From Octopus vulgaris (Eukaryota), in contig OX597832.1 in NCBI GenBank assembly GCA_951406725.2, positions 54,374,001-54,438,000 on the forward strand: a DNA stretch of 64,000 nucleotides. Direction: 5' to 3'. The notes beneath the pieces are model-generated. The model made no database searches. It was not told the origin of the DNA and saw only the letters and a program-made list of their open reading frames with translations. Both the position numbers and the translations under genes were made by a program. This document shows positions 25,951 to 36,677 of the stretch, in pieces (the stretch's first letter is position 1; every line of letters starts with the position of its first letter).

Positions 25951-27021
25951 GTTTTAATGTTCCCTTTTCTATGCTTGCATGGGTCAGATAGAATTTGTTG
26001 AGGTGAATTTCTTACAGTTTGGTGCCCTTGCTTTCACCAACCCTCACCTGTTCCCAAGTAAAGCAATATTTCCCCATGACCTGACATGTTTTCCATTGAA
26101 GATTGGATATGAAGAACACCTCTCACATGGCAGCGATGATCATTTACAACTATCATACAAAGTCCAAGCAAAGACACACACACACAGACATATATATACG
26201 TTCATATATATATATATGATGGGCTTCTTTCAGTTTCCATTTACCAAATTAATTCACAAGGATTTGGGAAACTGGCTCTATGTCCCATATAGAATAATAT
26301 GGACTACCCACCTAACAATGAAAATAGGTAAGGGTTGGCAACAGGAAAAGCATCCAGCTGTAAAAGTCCTGTCTCAAGTGCCTCTTTGTCCAACTCTTGC
26401 TAACATGGAAACATGGAAAAAAAAAAACATTAAACAGATGAATGATACTATAATAATGTGGTCCAGTGGTTAGGGTGTTGCACTCGTGATCTAGCAATCA
26501 TGGGTTCGATTCCTGGATTGAGCAGTGCACTGTGTTCGTGAGCAAAACACATCATTTCAGAGCTGTCTTTTTAAGATTTCTACTTATTCTATTGGCCTTT
26601 TTTGGCCAAACTGCTAGGTTACGGGGGACATAAGCACATCAACACCATTTGTCAAGTGGTGGTGGGGGAAAATACAGACACAAGAATACACACACACACA
26701 CACACACACATACACACACACATGACGGGCTTCTTTCAGTTTCCGTTGCCAATTCCACTCGCACGGCTTTTGTTGGCCCAAGGCTATAACTGAAGATACA
26801 TGCTCAAGGTGCCACACAGTTGGATTGAACCTAGAACCACGTGGTCGGGTAGCAAACTTCTTACCACGGAGCCACAACTATTTTTAGAATGACATTGTAG
26901 GGTCGGTGGAAAAGACCTGACCAAGCTGGTTTGAACATAAAACGTTGAATATTTGGGCCAGATATGATTGGCTTAAAAGATTAAGGGTGAAATTTTGACC
27001 GGAAAGAGTACTGTTACTTAC

Positions 27022-27103
27022 AATAACTGCATATATTAATACACTTCCAATGTTATCGTAGAAAATACTGTCGTTTAGACTGTAAGCCGCTTCCAAGATA
27101 ATG
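27022..27103 (-). CDS. NHE coding exon 5
   Basis: gtttcag|...|gtaag = (P)IILEAAYSLNDSIFYDNIGSVLIYAVI; 82 nt, phase 2 to 0. Confidence 0.95.
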
Positions 27104-27173
27104 CTGAAACAGGAAAATTCACAATAAGACATAGAAAACTAAATTTAATGAGAAAGGAGAATTTTGTTACATA

Positions 27174-27575
27174 GGCGCAGGAGTGACTGTGTGGTAAGTA
27201 GCTTGCTTACCAACCACATGGTTCCGGGTTCAGTTCCACTGCGTGGCATCTTGGGCAAGTGTCTTCTACTATAGCCTTGGGCCGACCAAAGCCTTGTGAG
27301 TGGATTTGGTAGACGGAAACTGAAAGAAGCCTGTCGTATATATGTATATATATGTGTGTGTGTGTTTGTGTGTTTATGTTTGTCCCCCTAGCATTGCTTG
27401 ACAACTGATGCTGGTGTGTTTACGTCGCCGCCACTTAGCGGTTCGGCAAAAGAGACTGATAGAACAAGTACTGGGCTTACAAAGAATAAGTCCCGGGGTC
27501 GACTTGCTCGACTAAAGGCAGTGCTCCAGCATGACCGCAGTCAAATGACTGAAACAAGTAAAAGAAAAGAGAAAG
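27174..27575 (+). mobile_element. SINE A, full length
   Basis: Consensus head and tail; inverted relative to the copy at 26580-26880. Confidence 0.9.
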
Positions 27576-28505
27576 AGAGACCATTATCAGTATTTATCAC
27601 AACTGTCTGACAAACAGGAACATGAAACTCTGAGTAACAGTTCTGTGATAATTTTGCAGCTTTAATAAAAAGTATATATATACAGACGGAAACTGAAAGA
27701 AGCCTGTCGTATATATGTATATATATATATTGTGTGTGTGTGTGTGTGTGTGTTTGTGTGTCAGTGTTTGTCCCCCCCAGCATCGCTTGACAAACAATGC
27801 TGGTTTGTTTACGTCTCCGTAACTTAGCGGTTTGGCAAAAGAGACCAATAGAATAAGTACTAGGCTTACAAAGAATAAGTCCTGGAGTCGATTTCCTCGA
27901 CTAAAGGCGATGCTCCAGCATGGCCACAGTCAAATGACTGAAACAAGTAAATGAGTAAACATATATACAGTGTGTATTAGGTGCCTTTTTTTCTGTGACA
28001 CTGGCACCTATGAGGTTGCCAAGTGACTCGCAAGACAAAGAAAAGAAAGGAAAAGGGGCAAGCCCACCTCAACTGAGTGGGTGTGTATTAAAAAGAGAGA
28101 AGTGGGTTGGGGTACTTTTAAACCAATTACCCCCCCCCCCCCCAAATATATTTATTTACGCTGACGTTACCCCCTTAATTTGAAAGGAAGAAAAACAGAT
28201 TCTTTGAATTCAAAAGGTTTCTGGAATCTGTTTATCTGGAGAATTCAATTACAAACATAAAAAGTATAAAACAAATGCAATAAAATAAATAAATATCCTC
28301 ATTATGAAACAAAAGGATTTTTCTAGAAACCTTTTGACTTTGGGTTTTGGAGAAATATTGTTTCATTTTTGTTACAATTACATAAAAACTGGAACATTTC
28401 GATGCCAGAGCAATTTGGATACAGCCTTTGGGGTCTAATTAATTACTCTGGTTTGTTTTTATGTTCATTAGAGTGGAAAACCCTTTACATTATTTATATT
28501 ATTTA

Positions 28506-28827
28506 CAGTTCTATATTTAAGAGATGAGGAATTACGTACATTTGATGGATATTTGTCCTCATCTTGTTTATTGTTAACACAACGTTTCGGCTGATATACC
28601 CTCCAGCCTTCTTCAGGTGTCTTGGGGAAATTTCGAACCTGGGTTCTTATTCGTAAGGTATTTTTCAATGTAATTATTATTATTATTATTATTGTTATTG
28701 TTCAGGTCACTGCTTGGAACCGAACTCGGAATCTTGGGGTTAGTAGCCCGCGCTCTTAACCACTACGCCATATATTCGTCGAATGTAAATAATGTACATA
28801 ATTCCTCATCTCTTAAATATAGAACTG
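28506..28827 (-). mobile_element. Hammerhead-containing SINE E, copy 3, with an inverted duplicate of its 3' end at the 5' flank
   Basis: Head at ~28700-28772; intact HHR at 28576-28621; perfect 29-bp inverted repeat 28506-28534 / 28799-28827. Confidence 0.88.
28576..28621 (-). ncRNA. Minimal type-I hammerhead ribozyme (intact core)
   Basis: GACAC CUGAAGA A GGCUG gaggguauau CAGCC GAA ACGU U GUGUU: stem I GACAC/GUGUU, stem II GGCUG/CAGCC, palindromic stem III ACGU. Confidence 0.8.
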
Positions 28828-29512
28828 GAAAATCCTTGTTTGCAAAGGTAAGTTGTTGCAGAAGGGAGCAACTCTTTGACAGTCTCTTCATGCCAGAAGA
28901 AAAAATTCTATCATAACAAGGAACACAGTTTTTTTTCTATAATTTTATTTATGCCTAATTAGTCCTCATTGCCCCCAAAAATTTCATTTTTATCCCACTT
29001 GGGGTAATTTACCCTGGTTCACCAACCCCTGTTCTAAAACATAATAGAGGGGCAGGTACAGGTGTCTTACTATCAAGAAGATGGCTTCCTTGCATTATGC
29101 GACAATGTTACAAGTATACATGTATGTTTAAAGTATGGCCGTTTGCCAGCCCCGTCTGGCACGTAAAAAGCACCTACTACACTCATGGAGTGGTTGGCGT
29201 TAGGAAGGGCATCCAGCCGTAGAAACATTGCCAGATCAGACTGGGCCTGGTGCAGCCTTCTGGCCTCCCAGACCCCAGTTGAACCGTCCAACCCATGCTA
29301 GCATGGAAAGCGGACGCTAAATGATGATGATGATGAGGGTAGCTAGAAAGGAAATACAGTTGGTGATGAGGGAGTTCCTGAGCATAATCACAAGGTAAAG
29401 GAAAACAAATACATGGGATGTTTCTTATAAAACTCAGCAGCAAAGATTTGCTTCTGATGTTGAGAAATAATGGCAGAGTTAAGATTAGAAGCATTCATAT
29501 TGGTTTACTTAC

Positions 29513-29584
29513 GGTGGCAGAAGATAAAGAAAGAAATCATGTGGAGTGAAAAATTTAGGAAACTGTGCTGAATATCCCAGGACA
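29513..29584 (-). CDS. NHE coding exon 4
   Basis: tttcag|...|gtaag = (H)VLGYSAQFPKFFTPHDFFLYLLP(P); FFLYLLPP amiloride-site motif; 72 nt, phase 2 to 2. Confidence 0.95.
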
Positions 29585-29620
29585 CTGAAAGAAAGAAAAA
29601 TATAAAACTTGAATGATATA

Positions 29621-30025
29621 GGCGCAGGAGTGGCTGTGTGGTAAGTAGCTTGCTTAGCAACCACATAGTTCCGGGTTCAGTCCCACTGCGTGGCATCTTG
29701 GGCAAGTGTCTTCTGCTATAGCCCCGGGCCGACCAATGCCTTGTGAGTGGATTTGGTAGACGGAAACTGAAAGAAGCCCGTCGTATATATGTATATATAT
29801 ATATGTGTGTGTGTCTGTATTTGTCCCCCTAGCATTGCTTGACAACCGATGCTGGTGTGTTTACGTCCCCGTCACTTAGCGGTTCGGCAAAAGAGACCGA
29901 TAGAATAAGTACTGGGCTTACAAAAGAATAAGTCCCGGGGTCGAGTTGCTCGATTAAAGGCGGTGCTCCAGCATGGCCGCAATCAAATGACTGAAACAAG
30001 TAAAAAAAAAAAAAAAAAAAAAAAA
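29621..30025 (+). mobile_element. SINE A, full length, with poly(A) end, 36 bp from exon 4
   Basis: Consensus sequence followed by an A-run of ~24 nt. Confidence 0.92.
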
Positions 30026-30071
30026 TATTGCAATAGATATGTCACAAGGATTTCATTATTAATGTATTATA

Positions 30072-30763
30072 AGGCGGTGAGCTGGCAGAATTGTTAGCAT
30101 GCCGGGCAAAATGCTTAGTGGTATCTTGTCTGTCTTTACGTTCTGAGTTTAAATTCCACCGAGGTCGACTTTGCCTTTCATCCTTTCGGGGTCGATAAAT
30201 TAAGTACCAGTTACGCACTGGAGTCGATGTAATCGACTTAATCCGTTTGTCTGTCCTTGTTGGTCCTCTCTGTGTTTAGCCCCTTGTGGGTAGTAAAGAA
30301 ATAGGTATTTCATCTGCTGCAACGTTCTGAGTTCAAATTCCGCCGAGGTTGACTTTGCCTTTCATCCTTTCAGGGTCGATTAAAAATGTACCAGTTATGT
30401 ACTGGGGTCAATATAATTGACTTAATCCGTTTGTCTGTCCTTGTTGGTCCTCTCTGTGTTTAGCCCCTTGTGGGTAGTAAAGAAATAGATATTTTGTCTG
30501 TTTTTATGTTCTGAGTTCATTAAGTACCAGTTGAGTACTCAGGTCGATCTAATCGACTGGCCCCCTCCCACAAAATTTTGGGTCTTGTGCCAAGAGTAAA
30601 AAAGATTATTAATGTATTATAAGGCAGCGAGCTAGCAGAAATGTTAGCATGCCGGGTGAAATGCTTAGCGGTATTTCGTCTGACTTTACATTCTGAGTTC
30701 AAATTCCGCTGAGGTTGACTTTGCCTTTCATCCTTTCAGGGTCGATAAATTAAGTACCAGTTG
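30072..30763 (+). mobile_element. Tandem SINE B cluster
   Basis: Several head-to-tail full and partial units. Confidence 0.85.
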
Positions 30764-32107
30764 TAGAAATATGTGTGTGTGTATGTATTTGTGTGTCTCC
30801 GTCTGTTGCCCCACCATTGCTTGACAACCGATGTTGGCATGTTTATGTCTCTATAACTTAGCGGTTCATCAAAAGAACCAATAGAATAAGTACCATAAAT
30901 CCTGGGGTCAATTTGTTCGACTAAAGGTGGTGCACCAGCATGGCCACAGTCATATGACTGAAACAAGTGAAAGAATAAAATAATACAAGATGGATTTTCT
31001 TAAGGTTTCCACCTACCAAATTCACTTACCCAAGATGCCACCCTGTGGAACTGAACTTGAAACGAAGCGGTCGCAGAGCATACTTCTTAACCACACAGCC
31101 AGGCGAGCTGGCAGAAGTGTTAGCAAAGACAGCAAGCTGGCAGAATTGTTAGCATGCCGGGTGAAATGCTTTGCGGTATTTCGTCCGCGGTTACATTCTG
31201 CGTTCAAATTCTGCCAAGGTCGACTTTGCCTTTCATCCTTTCGGGGTCGATTAAATAAGTACCAGTTACGCACTGGGGTCGATGTATTCGACTTAATCCC
31301 TTTGTCTGTCCTTGTTTGTCCCCTCTATGTTTAGCCCCTTGTGGGCAGTAAAGAAAATACACACAGCCAGGCCAGTACCTATAGCTATTGGCACAATGTT
31401 TCCTTGATTTTGTTGGTTTAATGGTTCAATGAGATGAGGAAAGTGGTGCCATTGACCAATTTCAGAACCTCCGTGTCTCTGGTGGAAGGAAGTTACTCTT
31501 AGACCAGAGACCTGGTTCAGAATGGACTCTGTTGATGATGGCATCCAAAGCTCAAGTGGTAGTGGTAGTGGCGGTCTTAAAATGAGGCAACTAATGAAAT
31601 TACCGTATATTCCTGGATAATGGCAATTCTTCACTTTAATGTTGTGAAAAGGACATTAAACATTCTTCTTCTCCTCATCCTTCTTTTCCTCCCAAGCTCC
31701 CTTTTCTTTCTCTCTTTCCCTCCCCTCCTTCTCTTTCCCTTCTCCTCTGTCTCCTCCTCACAATAACAACAATAATAATAACAACAACAACAACAACAAA
31801 AATTGTAAAAACAAAAACAACAAAAAATAACAATGATAATAACAATAATAACAACATCAATAATAATAATGATAATGATGATAATAATAATAATAATAAT
31901 ATATTTCTTTACTGCCCACAGAGGAGACAAACAAGGACAAACATAGGTATTAAGTCGATTACATCAAACCCAGTGCGAAACTGGTACTTTATTTATCAAC
32001 CCCGAAAAGATGAAAGGCAAAGTCGACCTCGGCAGAATTTGAACTCAGAACGTAGCAGCAGACGAAATACTGCTAAGCATTTCGCCCGGTGTGCTAACGA
32101 TTTTGCC

Positions 32108-32145
<38 letters not shown>

Positions 32146-32282
32146 TAACAACAACAACAACAACAGCAACAATAATAATGGTTCTTGAAGCTTGACCAGT
32201 AAACAAGTGTCATCTTAGTCTGCTGTTGACAGCTGACACTTTCCATCATACCCAGCAAAATAAGCTGAGAGTTTTCATCAAA

Positions 32283-32336
<54 letters not shown>

Positions 32337-32693
32337 TAATAATAATAATAATAATTATTTATTTTTTTCTTCATAGCCAAATTTATTATGGAACTGATGG
32401 CTATTTCTGTCCTAACTGACTTTCATTCCATTAAATGTGTTTTTGTCGAAGCTATTTTAGATTCCGTGGCATTTTAAAGATTTATTCAGGGAAGGGAATA
32501 AGTTTATAAGCTTCTCTATTTGGTAATGGAATTCTTCTTCTTTTATTATTATTATTTTTACCAATATTACTGAACGACAAATGACATTTATGATACAATA
32601 TAATCCAAATAGCAGCAGAGTAGGTGAGGGTGATGAGTGTAGATGAGGATGGGAGAAACGAAGCAATACCAAATTAGCAAATATTACACTTAC

Positions 32694-32735
32694 TGGATTA
32701 AACCGCCAAGAGCAATCCCAAGAATAACCAGCATG
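32694..32735 (-). CDS. NHE coding exon 3 (42-nt micro-exon)
   Basis: tctctcag|c ATG CTG...ATC ca|gtaag = (C)MLVILGIALGGLI(H); compare NHE1 CLLIVVGLLVGGLI; phase 2 to 2. Confidence 0.92.
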
Positions 32736-33074
32736 CTGAGAGAAAAAAAAAAAGAGATAAAAAATGGTGAAGCAGCATATAAGCAGTCCTTTGTGAATTA
32801 CATTAATTCATTTTAACCCCCTTGTTAAATTTTATATTTGCTTTCTGTTGCATCACAAAGAACAAAATGAACTTTTGAAATTGGTCTTTTCTAACTCATT
32901 AATTTATTTGGTTATCTTTTTTAATCCTTGTTCCCTTAAAGTCTGTTCCAAGAATTTTTAGTTTTCCTTAAACCTTTAGCATTTAAACTGGCCATATATG
33001 GCCCATTTATTCTACTTGTTTTATGGTCAAACTGGCCATATCTGATCCATATATTCTACCTGTTTTATTTTCAG

Positions 33075-33400
33075 ATAGAGTGTTGGACTCGCAATCACGA
33101 GGTAATGAGTTCAATTCCTGGACCGGGCTGTGTGTTGTGTTCTTGAGCAAGACACTTCATTTCACATTGCCACAGTTCCCTCAGCTGTAAAAATGAGTTG
33201 CAACACCACTGGAGCCAAGCTGTATCGGCCCCTTTGCCTTTCCCTTGGATAGCACCAGTGGCGTGGGATGGAGAGGCTGGTATGTATGGGCGACTGCTGG
33301 TCTTCCATAAACAACCTTACCCAGACTTGTGTCTTGGAAGGGAACTTTCTAGGTGCAATCCCATGGTCATTCATGACTGAAGGGGGTCTTTATCTTTTAT
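33075..33400 (+). mobile_element. tRNA-derived SINE with CORE-like body and a distinct tail
   Basis: ggactcgcaatcacgagg..gagttcaattcc...ttgtgttcttgagcaagacact...cagctgtaaaaatgagt. Confidence 0.65.
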
Positions 33401-33629
33401 CTTTTGCTTGAATCTTTCCCTTAAATTTTAAGAGAGATAACTTTTTAACTTAGAATGGTTAGAATCACCAACCTGTTACAAAACATTTCCTGTATACAGA
33501 AAACCTTAATGGTAATACATGTTCAACTATGATTTGATTGATCATTAGAGAATTGCCTTATCAATATCTTAAATGTATCAATTTTTCAAAAGTTTGGAAT
33601 GGTAAATATTTCTTTAGGTTCTCACTTAC

Positions 33630-33675
33630 CAAGATTCTGGAATGACAGACGATAGCATGCCAGCATAATGGTACA
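33630..33675 (-). CDS. NHE coding exon 2 (46-nt micro-exon)
   Basis: ttttcag|tg TAC CAT...GAA TCT tg|gtaag = (L)YHYAGMLSSVIPES(C), matching the NHE 'SSIVPESC' motif; phase 1 to 2. Confidence 0.92.
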
Positions 33676-33814
33676 CTGAAAAATGAAAAGGAACATTTTG
33701 GAAAATAACTGCTGTTGTTGCTTCCACATTTTAAAGAGGCTTACTTTATGATTCTGACATTTAAAAAAAAAAATGGTAAACACTGAAAAGAAAAGAGAAA
33801 TGAATGCAGTTATT

Positions 33815-34285
33815 GTTGTTTGTTCTTCTCGAGCCATGTCTGGCTCATAAGGACCAGTTTCCTGGTTTCATAGGCTTATAGGTTCCCCACCTAAATAGGA
33901 CACCAGTCTGTCACAGGTGAGCTGCTAGATGCAGGAGGAAAGAGTGAGAAAAAGTTGTGGCGAAAGAGTCAGCAGAAGTTCGCCATTACTTTCTGCTGGA
34001 GCTGCGTGGAGCTTAGGTGTTTTGCTCATAAACACACACATCGCCTGGTCTGAGATTTGAACCCGCGAGTCCACTGTTCTAACCACTAGGCCATGTGCCT
34101 CTACGGTCCGTTGCAGGTGTGCTGCTGGATGCAGGAGGAAAGAGTGAGAGAAAGTTGTGGCGAAAGAGTCAGCAGAAGTTTGCCATTACCTTCTGCCAGA
34201 ACTATGTGGAGCTTAGGTGCTTTGCTTATAAACACATACATTGCCCGGTATGAGATTTGAACCCGTGATCTCTTGACTGTGAGTT
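33815..34285 (-). mobile_element. SINE C-related units (tail type 3), two partial copies
   Basis: Share the gagtgaga.aaagttgtggcgaaagagt body; 3' region differs. Confidence 0.7.
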
Positions 34286-35589
34286 CATCAAATGTAAATA
34301 ATGTACATAATTCCTAATCTCTTAAATATAGAACTGGACTAGTGACCTGTTGCCATGAGACTGGAGGACCCAGATTACCAGATGTTTGTATGGGGCAGAC
34401 AAAATTTGTTAAATCAGATTTTCTATGGCCAAATGTCTTTCTGGTCACTATATTTTGAATGATTCCAAACATATTTCTAAGCAATATCTTTCACACTTTC
34501 ACAGATGACTAGAAATAAATGACACCACTTGTATGATGGTGATGCTCATTTACAACTATCACATGATGTTAAGACAAGGCGTAGGAGTGGCTGTGTGGTA
34601 AGTAGCTTGCTTACGAACCACATGGTTCTAGGTTCAGTCCCACAGTGTGACACCTTGGGCAAGTGTCTTCTACTATAGCCTCGGGCCGATCAAAGCCTTA
34701 TGAGTGGATTTGGTAGACGGAAACTGAAAGAAGCCCATCATATATATGTATATGTTTGTCCCCCCCAACATCGCTTGACAACCGATGCTGGTGTGTTTAC
34801 ATCCCAGTAACTTAGCAGTTTGGCAAAAGAGATCGATAGAATAAGTACTGGGCTTACAAAGAATAAATCCTGGAGTTGATTTGCTCAACTAAAGGTGGTG
34901 CTCCAGCACGGCCATGGTCAAATGACTGAAACAAGTAAAAGAGTAAATAGAACACATACACACACACACACACACACATCCATGATGGTCTTTTAGGTTC
35001 TGTCTACCAAATCTGCTTTACAAATTTTTGCTCAGCTCAAGGCTATAGTAGAACACACATGTCCAATGAGCTATGGTGCTACGCAGTGGGAATGAACCTG
35101 AAACCATGTGATTGGGAAATGAACTTCTTAAACACACAACTATGTTTGTGCCTATATCAAAATCTCACTAATGGAAATACTGTATCTCTAAAACTAATCT
35201 GATTTTCCAGTAGAGGATCTGAGTAAACATACGAAAAAGAAACAATCCAAACAAAAGGTTTTGTAAGAGACTCAAAACAAAAGCAACCAATAGTTTCCTT
35301 CCACTTGGAACCAACAGAGTTCTGCTCTGTTCACAAGAGAATCCAGATTTTACTTCTGAATCTTAGTTATCTTTTATTTGTTTCAGTTACAGGACTGTGG
35401 CCATGCTGGGGCACCGCCTTGAAGGGTTTTAGTCAAACAGTTTGACTCTGGTACTTATTATTTTGAAGTCTGGTACTTATTGTATCAGTATCTTCTGCTG
35501 AACTGTTAAGTTACAGAGATGTAAACAAACTTAGTACTGGTTGTCAAACAGCGGTGGTGGTAGTTTAGGGGAGGACAAACCAACACACA

Positions 35590-35838
35590 CATACAACATA
35601 TATATATATGTATATATATATATACATGTATATATATATATATACATACACATATATATATACACACATATAATATATATATATATATATATATACATAT
35701 ATATATACACACATATATATATATATAACATATATATATACATATATATATATACACATATATATATACATACATATATATATACATACATATATATACA
35801 TATACATATATACATATACATATACATGTACATATACA

Positions 35839-35887
<49 letters not shown>
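35590..35887. repeat. (AT)n/(AC) compound microsatellite
   Basis: Direct inspection. Confidence 0.95.
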
Positions 35888-35891
<4 letters not shown>

Positions 35892-36575
35892 TGAATATGG
35901 TACCTAAGTTGAGGCACCAGAACTCAGTACAGTATATTATCCATACAATTTCAAAATAAGGTGATTAGAATCAAAATAAGGAAAAAGGATATCCAGAGCT
36001 AATGCATTACCACTGGATATCCTTGTTGCTCATTTTGATATATATATATCATGTGATCATGTGACCGACCAGGCCATCAAATGTTGCTACACATCACTGG
36101 TCACAATGTGCTTCACATTGTTTTAACCTTCAAATAACGCCACCCCGCTGGCTAAGCGAGCAGGCCAACAGAAGAAAGATCGAGAGAAAGTTGTGGTGAA
36201 AGAGTACAGCAGGGATCGCCACCACCCCCTGCCAGAGCCTTGTGGAGCTTTAGGTGTTTTCGCTCAATAAACACTCATAACACCCGGTCTGGGAATCAAA
36301 ACTGCGATCCTATGACCGCAAGTCCGCTGCTCTAACCACTGGGCCATTGCGGCTCCACACACACACACACACATACACACACACACACACATACACACAC
36401 ACACACACACATATATAAAATATAAATTACGGATAAAACCACTATTATGCAACTCAAAGTGATAGACATAAACCAAAACATAAATAACAAATAATATATA
36501 TTTTTATAAAACATATAACTTACAACTAGATCTCAAAAAGTATAAAAATGAATGATCAATATATAATAAGTAAAA

Positions 36576-36677
36576 CAACTACGTACATTTCATGGCTGGA
36601 ATTAAATTCAAATTACAATTAAGTTTAAATTCAATTGAAATAAATTCGATTTAAAATTATAGTCAATCTTCAGGTTA
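36576..36677 (-). ncRNA. Hammerhead motif with long AT-rich stem II (pLTR arm 1)
   Basis: UAAC CUGAAGA [~75-nt hairpin] GAA AUGUACGU A GUUG. Confidence 0.6.

Noticed and set aside
25128-26001. Long Asp-, Ser- and Met/Ile-rich ORFs (243-273 aa)
   Set aside because: Open in several frames because of an (ATC/GTC)n array inside an NHE intron; no splice or domain support.
28700-28772. tRNA gene (and similar heads of SINE A, B, C)
   Set aside because: A/B boxes are present but there is no complete acceptor stem, and each head is fused to a repeated SINE body.
31390-31634. Unique GC-richer block, possible exon or retrocopy
   Set aside because: No recognisable protein in any frame, no clear splice pair, and not needed for the NHE reading frame.
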